Positions 34,347 through 47,200 are shown, counted from the first letter of the stretch. The stretch: 64,000 bases of DNA from Phoronis australis (GCA_002633005.1 NMRA01000006.1:851861-915860), one strand, 5' to 3'. Translations and numbers: made by a program. The notes: generated from the letters alone by a model not told the origin.

Positions 34347-37300
34347 CCATACGTTCTGTTGCCTGTGCATGTTCACGGCACCTCTCTTATTTCTTGATCC
34401 GTGTATTCCGGTTAAAACTGATAGCCTGTGAAACCTAACGATCCAAACCCGTGAAGTCTTAGTCGGATGAGCTCTCGACTAAGTCGGGATTGGCGGCGGG
34501 ACAGTTGCCATGTAGACGTTTAGTACTCTGCGTTCTGTTCTGTTTCAAAATGAATTATTCTCACCCTAACCAATGCTTATATAAAACTGAAACAAAGCCT
34601 GTCTCAATACAATTTGTAATGCCTTTGGAGTATTCGAGAGTATAAATGTTTTGAGAAGCCAGCAATAAACCACTGCGTTACCGGCTTTAGATGCAATAAA
34701 GGTAATTGACTGGGCACCGAGGCCGTGGGAGCGCATGCTAATTTAGTGTTAGTGTTGACCGAAAGCTGCTTGTAAAACAATAACTCGATTTTATATGCTA
34801 TAGTCGCATGTTAAAGGAATCTTCATTTAGATGTACAAATACGTTATTCAAATCATTGTTACTGTACAACCTGTCCCTCACGGTTCTTTGGAAGGGGAAC
34901 GTGACTTCGCGGCCCCCGACAACTGGTAAGTAGATTTTCAGTTACGTGGCTAATTCACCTAATAATTACGTGCACATTATTTCTTTGGCTCACTATTATA
35001 GTCTTTTCGTGTCTAGAGGTCTAGTTTCCAACTTAAGCTGGTTTATGTCCGTGATGTCCAGTCCCGGCGGCCGCGACGGGCCTGATCGGGTTCCGAGCCA
35101 CTCCGGCGCGAAGTAGCAAGCGTTTTGTGTGTTTAGAACTGAAAAAATCGGAAGTCTAGAAGTACAACACACAGCTATATACCCCCGTCTGCATTTCCCT
35201 GAAGAATGATTCGAATTTATCAATTTATCACCAAACAGACCCAAACTCCCGCGATGGACCATGGTAAATTGGCCTGCTGAACTCTGTAGGTTACGGTACG
35301 TTCAAATACCTATAAATCCGTAACAGTGAAATAAAACAACACGTTTGCTCAAGAAATTGATGTATTTGTAAGGGGTTTACATCGAATTTTGATGATTTTT
35401 TTGGTGTAAAACGATGAATTCAAGCGATAAGTTGACACAAGTAAGCGTGTTGCGAACGGCTGAACTAGTGACTGCGTTCGAACCGACTACGTCATTGGTT
35501 AATTTCAACACTTTCCTCTGCCGTTTAGTGTCAGGTAAAACAACTGAACTTGTTGTTATCGAGTTAATCTACTTGATCTAAATTGATACAAAATAGGTTG
35601 TTTTTTGGGTGGCATTCTTCTTCAATTGTGGTTCCACCTTATCGAGGTGGGTAACTTGTTCTGGGATTGCGCCACTTAATTAATTCCTGCGTAGTCGCAA
35701 ACCCGGGGCAAGGCGGAAGTAATTATCTGCCGTGGTCACATATACAGCCGGGTCTTCTTTTCATTGTCATGTACAGAGCGACAAATTCAGCCTTACCCTA
35801 GTTATGGAGGCACAGAACAGTTCTCACTGGGTTTTGCCTAGCAAAACACACATCACTTGATTTGTAACCTTTTCTTCACTCTGTCAAAAACAGGATGCAA
35901 AGAATGGCATGTTTTCAATTATTTCACATAAAAAGCCCAGCAGATGAGCACAGAAACTTTATTCTTTCTTGTATTTTTGACCATTTCATTCCCACTGAAA
36001 ACCAAGCTAGACTAAGAAAAATAAGGGCAAAAAAATGCAAAATCGGCACTTTTCACCCGAAAAACACTACTTCCCTGCCGACGCACGACTAAAACCAACA
36101 TTAGAGTCTGAAAGCAAATTTCCTACCGATTCCGAAAATGTGGTCCAAAAGTACTGTCAACCAACTAGTTTTTTGGCAATTCTTGCTTGTTTGAGGGTTA
36201 CCTAAAATCACAGCCAATTTCTCGGTCGCTACCCAACAATGCACAATTGCAGCCGGGGGCCGCCATCTTGAAGAAGAGTGCAGCTACAGCCAAGAAAGTG
36301 GCCTTTTTTATTCACAGCATGTTCACAAATACAAACAAACCACATTCACTGAGCCTACGTGCAATGCCCACCTACAAAATGCCCCCAAACTTGGCCTACC
36401 CCAAAATTTCTATATTTTGGCACTGCAAATTGGCCGCGGCCGCAGCCTAACTATTCAGTGCCACCTATCGGATACGTATGTGTGGGGGAGGGGTTAATTT
36501 GCACTAGTGCCACCCTTAGGTGGAGAAATTTATCACAATTGTGAAGTACGTTGCACTAGTTTAAACAGCGTCCAGATAGCCTCCAAACCTAGCAACACGG
36601 CTAGTTCCAGGAGTAACTTGTTTTAAGGTGAGACTGTGGACGGCACTATACTGAAAATGCACTAGTCGCGATAAACCGCTCGAAGTACGGTATGTGATAT
36701 TCCACATTACGCCGTAAAAAAGTTAACAACTCATAAGTTTCAACTGACAATTCTTCGTCGTAATCATAGCACGGAATACTGTTGCACGAAGCGGCAAAAA
36801 CTTCAGTAGCATTTGCAATATTTTCAGGTTACAACGCCCCCTAACAGAAAACCAAATAAAACTCCGAAGCGCGTTGCATGCCTTACAACGTAAAAATAAA
36901 ACATGTCTCATAATTTCGAGACACCCTCTCTTTCCATCTCACCAATGCTCTGTATTTATACCCGAGTTGTTCATTGTAGGTGGCGGCGCACACTTATCAC
37001 CTGATCACCAGTGATACGGAACGACCGGAATGATTTAGGTTTTAAGAAAGTTGCAATCCAAGCACCGTAGCTTATGATCGTCCACCAGTGCCTAGATAAG
37101 TGTGCGAGCGAGATGTTATAGTTAATAGTTTTCCCTTTGTGTTGTAGTAACTGTGACCTCAAACAACTTGGGAACGAATGGAAATATAATGCTTAAGTCG
37201 AGATTACTGTGTTGAGTCACTAGACACTGTTTAGTCCCGTTTAGACATCAACTTAAATGTCCCGGCGCAACAGACACACAACTCACTAACTGTGGCAAGA

Positions 37301-37974
37301 CGGAAATTGTAGGCTGGAGAGTGTATCACACATGCGCAGGTTTACAAATCACGGGAGACGAACAGACAAAGAACCCGTATTAAGGTCATTACATAAGCGC
37401 AGAAGAGATCCTTTCCGCCTTGCCCGGTTACGCGTTTAGACACATAATTGACACGGAGCAAGATGATCTAGCGCAAATTGCTCTACCTCACAAACGGGTG
37501 GCAACAGTTGTCACCGCGGTGTCAATTTGCTTCAGTTCAGTTCCGTTTACACACATACTTGAGCTGGAACAGCTCGTTCCATGTCAGCTGATCCGTGTCA
37601 ACTTTTGTAGTGTAAACGGCACTTTTGATGCATACATAAACAGAACTGTATTCACGAGTCCTAAGCGGACTGATAATATTCGAAGTCCCTCGCCACTCTC
37701 AAACTTCAATTTCCCTCTCAAGGAAGTATTGCACATACTGCTTGGCGAATTTTTGACATTTTAAAAGCACTGGCCAAACATGTGTAGAACAATGCGGTTC
37801 CGATTATGAAATACTGGACTTGGATGGAGAAGCAAGGAGTTACATAATTAAGAACGGCCTCACAAGCGGATGCACTTAAGTTTGAAGCACTAAACGACTC
37901 ATTAATGATTGCAGATGAGGTTGAAAGACCACTAAACTCATGATTGATTAATTTCACGTCAGCTAAAAAGTCCG

Positions 37975-38900
37975 CTCGACTCACGCATGATTATAATTAC
38001 ACGGGAGCTTGAAACACCACTTGGCTCTCGCATGATTAAATTAAACATCAGCTTAAAATGCCATTGGACTCACGTATGAATAATTACACGTGAGCTTGAA
38101 TCACCGCTCGATTCACGTATGATTAATTACACGGGAACTTGAAACACCACTTGACTCTCGCATGATTAAATTAAACATCAGCTTAAAATGCCATTGGACT
38201 CACGTATGAATAATTACACGTGAGCTTGAATCACCGCTCGATTCATGTATGATTAATTACACGGGAACTTGAAACACCACTTGACTCTCGCATGATTAAT
38301 TACACGGCAGCTTGAAACACCACTTGACTCTCGCATGATTAATTAAACAACAGCTTAAAATGCCATTGTACTCACGTATAAATAATTATACGCGTGAGCT
38401 TGAAACACCGCATGACTCACGCATGATTAAGTACTCGTGAGCTTGAAACATCGGTATCTTAAATTACGCATGAGCTTGAAACTTTAAGTGATTTGTATGT
38501 AACTGCACATGAACGTGAAACAACGCGTGACTCACGTATGATTAGGTCTTCAAATAAACTGATCCAAAAACACCATTTGGGTCATGTATGATTACCACCG
38601 AGTACGAAACACTATTTAACTCACGTACTATTACACGTGAGCATGAAACACCAGTTGATACAGACGCACACGCTCACTCACGCACGCTTACATATAGACC
38701 TGTATATATGTTTACAACTGAGCTTGGAACACCAGTTGACACACACGCACACGCACGCACACACACACACCTGTATATATGTTTAGAACTAAGCTTGGAA
38801 CACCAGGTGACACACACACGCATACGCACATACGCACACAGATGTATACCTGCATACATGATTACAACTGAGCTTGGAACACCAAGTGACAGATGTGTAA
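37975..38900 (+). repeat. Degenerate satellite with monomer of about 43 bp and 130-bp higher-order period
   Basis: Monomer approximately gactcacgcatgattaattacacgggagcttgaaacaccact; catgattaa recurs at 38031, 38161 and 38291; decays rightwards into monomers separated by CA-rich runs. Confidence 0.85.
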
Positions 38901-39172
38901 TTAAAACTATTTTACTAACGAGTTTGAAACACCATTGCTGCATTGTGACAGCAGAGTCAGACTACGTTAATGTTAATTAATTTACAAATGAGTGAAAAGC
39001 CGTCAACCATAACATCGAATCAAATGGACAGTGATTATACCAAAATAAATAATGTTTTATTTATCATAATAATAGAAATAACATTTTCCATGTCCAGTAA
39101 CGTAGAAAATATATCTGAAACTAAATAAGGCGATCCAGATCCTCCCAAGGATACTATTGTTTCGTGAAATGA

Positions 39173-39547
39173 AGAATATAAATCGGTAAATAAAACAACA
39201 AGAATGGATCAACTGAAATTTGAAATTTTCGGAGGTAACAACTTCCTTTATCAACAAAAACAGAAATAAAGTAAAATCAAACACGAAATGACAATTGACA
39301 TATAAGATATGGTGTAATGAAAATGATACATTTTTGCGTAAAAAATTCAATGACATATTTTAAGTTTTTATGTTCAATCCATGAGGTTCTATTGTANTTT
39401 CATTACACCATATCTTATATGTCAATTGTCATTTCGTGTTTGATTTTACTTTATTTCTGTTTTTGTTGATAAAGGAAGTTGTTACCTCCGAAAATTTCAA
39501 ATTTCAGTTGATCCATTCTTGTTGTTTTATTTACCGATTTATATTCT
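39173..39547. other. Perfect 150-bp inverted duplication abutting an N (probable assembly artefact)
   Basis: 39398-39547 is the exact reverse complement of 39173-39322; N at 39397. Confidence 0.8.
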
Positions 39548-40500
39548 CCATGTCCAGGAAATGCTTACCATTGCTTACATTACATGAAATTACGAAATCG
39601 TAAATCCTAAAACAAAATATGAACAAATATTACAAGTCTGCTAAGTTTTGTTACAATAACCACGCTCCCAAACAGAGCAGACTAGATTATTCACGAGTGG
39701 CATTTCACAGGCTTCCTGCCGAGACAGCATGACAGCACACATATGACGCTAAAGATATGACGTCAAACATATAACGCCAAAGACATGACTTTAGCCATGA
39801 CGTAACAACACCTATGATGCCCTCATTGTCATGACGACTTTTAAGCTGCAGTGATGTCTATGTACAAATAAAAATAAAAATAAACGCACATATCAGGTGT
39901 CCCAAAACCTCCCAATTATAACATAACATGTTTTTACAAAATTATATGAGCTATAAATACGAAATTGGCACAGATGATATATAAGATATTTGTCTAGATA
40001 CCGAGCTCTTAGTCTTAACTGTAAAATGACGTCATAAATTAGTGGACATGCCGAAAGTGATTTTTCTCAGTAAAACTATTACTATATGACAATTTTGCCA
40101 AATGAATGTTTTCTCTTCGTGCGCATTTTCCTCAAGCTGTAGCTTATTGTTATTCCGATGTCTCCAGTGCTCAACAAATAAACTGTTCACCTTTACCTGA
40201 GATATAGGAGTAAGAAGCTTTTCTTTAGTAGTGGGACAAATTTGAGTGACTGCGCGGTTGCCATCAGCTTTGCTCCACACAAAGTCGCCACTAACATTGT
40301 CTTCGCCCCCCTCCAGTTTGGTGCCTCCTGCTTGACTCCAAAACGATTCAATACATATTTTTTCGTGCCTCCAACTTCATGTGTGGCAAACTTGTAAGGA
40401 TACTAAACCCTGTTTTTGTGAGATTGTGATGAATAGCAATATCTCGCGAATGCTTGTGTTAAAACACTTTTATGCCATGGAGGCAAATGAAGGACATAAT

Positions 40501-40855
40501 TCACTGCTCCTTGTCGACTTTAACGAGCATCACGTGCACTTTGTACCCACCCGGGGTTTCAACAAGTTCTACCACGTCGTTTTCAACATTGCCGAGAGAG
40601 TACATTCGCAAACGAATCGATTGGACGTCGTCGCTTGCAGCCACAAAAGGAACAGATCTGAAGACCATGACTCTACAATATGCGATGCGATGATGCAAGC
40701 AGTGACGGGATGGATCAGCAAACAACGAGGTCGGCAATAATCGATTGAGTCGAAACAGTTCGACCTGGTCGACCACTACCTCAACGTGGTGGATCACCAC
40801 ATCGCTGTTGTGAATTATGTCTCTCATCTGCCATAACTTTTTCACTTTGTCACAA
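40501..40855 (-). CDS. Candidate additional terminal exon of R-spondin
   Basis: Acceptor cacctctacttcag followed by 117 open codons in phase 2, compatible with an AG|GTCAGT donor at 41742/41741. No homology recognised. Confidence 0.35.
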
Positions 40856-41713
40856 CTGAAGTAGAGGTGTGCAGGTTTCACGAGTAGAAGATTAACGCGC
40901 CCACAGCGTTAGTAACAGTTGCCGAATTAGAAGACTTTTCTAATGAGTTTCCAAACTTGGTCTAAACGTCTGACTGTTAGCGAGGGCAAAGAATATCGCT
41001 TTTTCATATACTTAAGTGATCTGTATCTGTTAATAGGCTAAAACATGGTTCACTGTCCTTTTAAATTAGTTGCGTACAACGAGTAGATGGAAGTACATTG
41101 ATCACTCGTCATTTACAGAAATACTGATGCATCAGATTACGTTGCTTTTTATTCTTAATGTGGAAGCAACGATGTTTGGAAAATTCAACTTTCTATTTTC
41201 CACATTTTTCGTGCTTACCTGCCAAATCATGGACAATTGATATCCCATTGACAACCGTACAAAAATCGTATTAAAGGTTCGCAAGATAATGATTCCTGAA
41301 TGCTTTAAAATTGGTTCTAATCCAGTTTAGTACATTTGTAACAACATTTTCGAAGATTCGAGAAGTGTCTAACAAACGTGCTATTTAAGATTTCCACAAT
41401 CGCGTTAAGTGGAAGCAATGAGCTTTATCTTTTGTGGATTATAGACTTCGCAAAAATTTGCGTGGTGACAACTCTTGCAACGATATAAGAAACATTCTTT
41501 TTAACAAAACTTGAGCAACAAATCATGCAATAAATAACACTGAAGATAGACAAAACAGAATAATACAGTCGTAATACTTGTCAAAGAACACATCCGCAGC
41601 GTACGGCAGACACGTTCCTTGGCTACAATTAATTTACAGACTGAATTGTGCCGTCGAATCGGTGTCGCCGATGATCAAGTCGCAGACAACGGTTTACAAG
41701 CTGGGCGACCACG

Positions 41714-41988
41714 TCACGTGCGTTCGCCCGAAATTACTGACCTATACGTGGGCTTTACAGACAGGCCACATTTCATGAAAGTCCTTCTGCTTTGTAGTCG
41801 TTGTCTATCTCTCTCCCGCCGCTTTTTACACTTCAATCGTTGTCGACGCGGCTTTATGTGTTTACAAGTCTTCCGCCTACGTCTCCGCTTACGGTGTCTG
41901 TTACGTTGTCGCCTACGCTTAGATGCTTTTCCTTCCTTGTCCCTGTTTGGTTTTTTTCTTTTTGCCTTGCCACCATGGCCCGATAAAT
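41714..41988 (-). CDS. RSPO: R-spondin basic C-terminal exon
   Basis: ttttcag| LSGHGGKAKRKKPNRDKEGKASKRRRQRNRHRKRRRRRKTCKHIKPRRQRLKCKKRRERDRQRLQSRRTFMKCGLSVKPTYRSVISGERT then TGA. Confidence 0.85.
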
Positions 41989-44238
41989 CTGAAAACCAAA
42001 TTCGTTGTATGACAACTAACTTTTCGAACTATCACATATTTGCACTAGGCAACCGTTTTTTTTAAGATATATTTTTGAAACAACATTTGTGAACAATCGA
42101 ATATTTAGAGCATTTAAACTTCAAGATTTTTGTAACCTGATAAATGACTTCTTTCCTGGTGCTTACAGATTTTCTTTCTTTTTCTGTGAATATATTCATT
42201 GCTAAAAATCTCCACGTGTGCGTGTGATTCGCTGAACGCCATCTTGATCTTCTCAGAAGAAATGAATTCAAAAGAATACCGCGTCGTTCCGTTCCTACTC
42301 ACCGACGCACGACTGCATCGCCATTTCACAGCATTTTTTCTCGGAGGTAACTGGACACCTTTTTCCATTGGGCGATGGGAGTTGCACTACAGCCCTCGTG
42401 CGGCTAGTCTGTCCATATTTATAACCACATGTTTTTCCATTTCGAGCACAATAACTCCACTGACTCCACGATGACACCAAACAATCCACTGAGGAAACAG
42501 ATCATAAGAATACATTTAGCACATTAATTATACACATATACAAATCGCGATTTCTTAATTGATAATTAATGAATTTAATTCCATAATTCCCCATTCCAAT
42601 GGCACCGACTCAAAAATCCCTTCAGTGATCGCCATTTTGATAGGATAGATTTTTAAGCTAACGAAACACCTTTCCACAGCATGATTTGCGAGGTCTTGCG
42701 AGATCTTGCTTTTCTCGCAAGAAACTTTAGTCTACGGAACCCTACCCAGTGTTTAGTGTTACTTTTCGAAATGAAGGGCTACTATACTAAAATAACCTTC
42801 AGATGCGTTTTGTTTTTGCTCACAGTACACTGCAGGAATATCACCATAGACATGAACCGCCAACTCCGTATATTTCAATGGACGAAATCTGTGATCTTAC
42901 GCATAAGCCGTGACGTCATTATTCACTAGCGACACCTGACAAAATTAGCAAATTTCACTTCCGGCAAGTACGTCGTCTGCTAATCATGGTCGGCTGTTGT
43001 TTGGTGTGGTGCTAAAAGTACTCAAGATACCAACAGTTCTATCATTACAAGACTTTGAACAGCGTTTCAATACCGAATTTTTTCGTTGTACTGGGCAGTA
43101 AAACAGATGCTAGAATTTCCCGTCACAATACACTAACCGGAAACTGAAATTGGTAATTTAGGAGAGTGGCGCTACCTCTAAGATAGTACCGTAGAAAATA
43201 TTGGAGTTGTGAATCTGTTGTCTGTAATCTATGGAATCACAACTTACTGAACTCTTTTAGCTAAAAATACGACCAAGGCTTGACCACTTACCATTTTCAA
43301 CGCACTCTCTTGAGTAATTAGCGTAGATAAAACCCTCTGGGCACTTGTCTATACACCGTCCAGAATAGGCTAAATATGGCGGCAAACAATGGGTGCAGTA
43401 ATTCTTATGAAAACAGGCTTCACAGTTCTCGATTCGACATCCTAAAGGGAAAATTATTCGATATTAATACATTATAAGGTATAATATATCGAATATGCTA
43501 TAACATAAATTATCAACCTGGCTTTGAATTTCGCATACCTAAACGTATCTATGGCTGTTCATTGTTGATCATCGTATGCAGTTTTATATCTTTGTCATAA
43601 ATAGGCGAAGATACGGCAGCGCAATACCTGTATTATTCAACTGGGAAATAAGGACGAGCTACTTTTCCGTATTTCATATGCAAAATAACAACCGTTGTTC
43701 TCATTAAAATTTAGGCAATATTACTAGGAATTACAGTAGCTATTTCACTGTGGAGAATCTGAGGTTATTCACAGTCTCTAGTGTACTGTCATCTCTACAC
43801 TTGTTATACTGGTCGCAATGCAAAATCACCACGGCCAACCCGCGATCATGAACGCACGGAAGGCGATCGAGAACGAGACTGCACCAAAAATGGCAGACAA
43901 CAGTGACGTACCCGGTGAGTTTTAGTTTCACTTTCTTCTGAAATAGAGGATACTTTGGTACGAATGCGACACACAGAAAAGCGTCAGAGTTTAGCCTTTG
44001 TAACAGCTGAGGATCTGAAATAATACTTATCTTTTGCTTATTTTTTAAAATAAAGAGCTCAGAAAGCAATGGCTTTCGGTAAAATGCTTTGCGCCTCGTA
44101 AAATTGACAATTTCTGCTTGTTACTAGCAATTACAAGGTTCTTCAGTGGAGACGCGTGACGTTTATAGTTTAATCGTGCCTGGTGACACGACCTTTGGAG
44201 CTGCTGTATGTATGTGTATATATATATAGACACACACA

Positions 44239-44276
<38 letters not shown>

Positions 44277-47200
44277 ACACACACACNTATACATGTATAT
44301 TGTAGTTAGAGCCAATAAACTTTGTGTGTTCTTATAGCCTTCAATCGATGTAGTCAGTTTTTATCTCCATCTAACAAGCAACGAACCGGTTAGACTCCAC
44401 AGCAGTCTACAACCTCAGCAAATATCCCACACCTACAGGTTCACAATGTTTTTAAGAAGGTGTGTATTCAATGGGTTTCATCTAGTTTTCATACCCTTTC
44501 GTTTCAACCAACATGGCGCAAGGGCCTTTTAGTCAAACTCATTCATTATACTTACGATAACATTTGCTAAAGCCTTCTCTTCGTATCCCATAGTACCCTA
44601 CCGGGCACGCATGCGTGCACATGCCCGTCTGACGCATGCCGTCACGGTGAAGTAAGAGGAAGAGGTCCTTGCGACACGTGATACAGCCGTTAATTGGGGA
44701 GCAGGCGGTACAGCCCTGCGGACACAGCGGCCCGGTTAAGGCTGTAAGAAAAAAGGCAATTACATTCTCGCGTCTGAAATCCGGGCTGCGTCCCATAGAA
44801 AAGCGAGGTCACAGGACATTGTCATGTATTACAAGTGAAGCACGTGATCACACTTCCTGTACTCGTGAGTACCTTGTGTCTGCAGAACGCGGCCCGATAA
44901 GCGGACCGATAAAAAAATTATGCGCGAAAGGTATTAAAGCTAGAAATTACGCGTGCTTCCCGCGTCACAATTTATCTGCTACTATGAACCGACCTACCCA
45001 AATAAGCTACTCAACGTTATAAATCTGGAATCAACTTGTTCTTTGCGCAGATCTGGACCCGCAGCGGAATCTTTTTGCTGAAGGTGGAACAAAAAATATT
45101 TTTGGCGTGTTCTATTCTACTTTTGTGAGAATTCAAGATAAGTGTCTAATACTTTATGGATGAGTACATAATAGCTTAGGTGAGTGGAAGACTGCCTAAT
45201 CCTCATTGCTACTGAGACTAAACTAATGAGTCTGAACTCAATATTTCGAGAGAAAACTCGGAATGTTGAGTTTTTACTCGAGTTTTTACCTCAGTGGAGG
45301 TCATCAAATGCGAACTTGGATTAGAGACTCATTTGAAAAATAACATAATACTCGAACACAGAGTATAAAAATACACTTCTTATCTTGAGTTCGGCACAAA
45401 AGTAGATCCAAAATGCCAAACATAATTTCGACGTCTATTTCGAGTCGAAACATTAAGCCGTCCTGTTCCCACTCAGAAGTGAGCTTTGTAAGGACTGACA
45501 GTTAGTCTTTACTTGGCGCTAAATGTATAAAACGACTCGCCGACTCAAGCTAACTAGTTGAGCATTACTCAAAACAAGATATCCAAAAAAATTTTATTTT
45601 TTGCCGTTTACACTTCCCCTCGATCCATGTATTAAATATTTTAAGTATGTGCTGTTACATAACAGTGTATACTAACTCTTTGTTATATAAGATGAAGATT
45701 GTTAATTCAGATAAATGTCACTATTGTAATCTAGTACAGAATACTGAACACATGTTTTCCCATTGTGATGTGGTGCAAAGATTATTGATTAATGTTCAGG
45801 ATATTTTGCCATCTTTCCTTAAGGAAGACGTCAGAATAACCAAGAATGAATTCATGTTTTGCCATTTAGTTCTGAATTCTCCCTGTTGATTAATTAAGTT
45901 ATCACTATCGCCCAATAATTTATTTATTTACGTAGCCAACAACATTTGCATCGAGATTGGTTTGCCCTTAAGTTATTCATGTCAAAATATATTAAAATTG
46001 CAATATTTAATTTTCAAAAACAAAAAGAACCGGACAATATTAATATTAAAATGTGGGAGAGCCTCAGTGCTGCCATGCAATGAATCTGTAATATCTGTAA
46101 TATACTTAATTCATATATTGTTTAGTAGTATTATCATTAAATGATGAAGTGTGTGAATGAGTGTGTGAGTGTGTGAGTGGAAGTCCTTACCCCGTTTCCT
46201 TGTTCACCCTTTCACCCTTTAAAAAATTATAAGTGTATATTGTTGGAGAATAAAATTATTGAAAAAAAAAAGTTGAGCCTGATCTCGAGTGACATCTTTA
46301 CTAGTTCTTCCAGACCCCTTCAAACCTATCACTTTTAACCCGAACAAAGAGCAGGTTAATATTACTTTTCATAACGATAAATGGTCCAAAACAAAATGCG
46401 TTATTTTGCCAGAAGTGGGTTTATTTCACCTTTAGATAATAAAATCAGCATCCGCACCGTATGTTTACAGGAGTGTGCACATGTCTTCAGAAATATATAC
46501 AAGAACATGCTATGTCTGATCTCTGTGTAAGCGTCGCATTCAAGAGAGAATTGTATCTCATTTTCAAATCAATTTTCCAGCAAATAATGTTAATATATTA
46601 TCATCATCGTCGTCGTCGTCGTTGTCGTTGTTGTTACTATTATCATTACTATTATTGTTATTATCATTGTTATTATCACCATTATCATTTACATTATATT
46701 CATTATATGAAGAGAATAAGCCCTTTTCCGATATCTTCCCATGCCACTCACTGATACTTATGTGAAACTTGTTCGAGTGCTTAAGCTGATAACCATCTGA
46801 GGACCATGTGCTCGTGTGAAGCTTTTTCGATTCATTGTCCGTACTAGCAATGGCCAGCGAGGGAATCTTAGCAGTAGCTGCTATCTGTACTCCGCTCGTG
46901 TAGCAACTAGTTTATTATTCTGGACGTACAGGAATTATTCTTACTAAAAAAATAGTCTCATGGTTGTAAAACTAAATGAGAAGTTTTCTTCATATGCTAC
47001 GCTCAGATTTAACCGTGTAATCACCAAGAAAATAATGCATCTAGTTGGACGAACATCTACCATTATCAGTTCAGCCTGTAAGGAATGTCATTTGTTCGAC
47101 ATATGTACCGAGTAGGACTAAAAGACCCAGTGTCCAAAGAGCCCCGTTTCGGGACATCAAAGGGATAGTAGAGTTGGCGAAAAATGTCGCTCTACCATGC

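Noticed and set aside
37545-37760. C2-domain-like exon on the minus strand (YVCIKSAVYTTKV...WNELFQL with a gtatgt donor)
   Set aside because: In-frame stop just upstream, no convincing acceptor or partner exons; the resemblance is too short to support without an HMM search.
37975-38660. CRISPR-like repeat array
   Set aside because: Contiguous degenerate monomers without unique spacers, no cas genes, eukaryotic context. The same applies to the arrays at 2743, 17629 and 22093.
41619-42065. 148-aa Arg/Leu/Cys-rich + strand ORF
   Set aside because: It is the antisense shadow of the R-spondin basic-tail exon.
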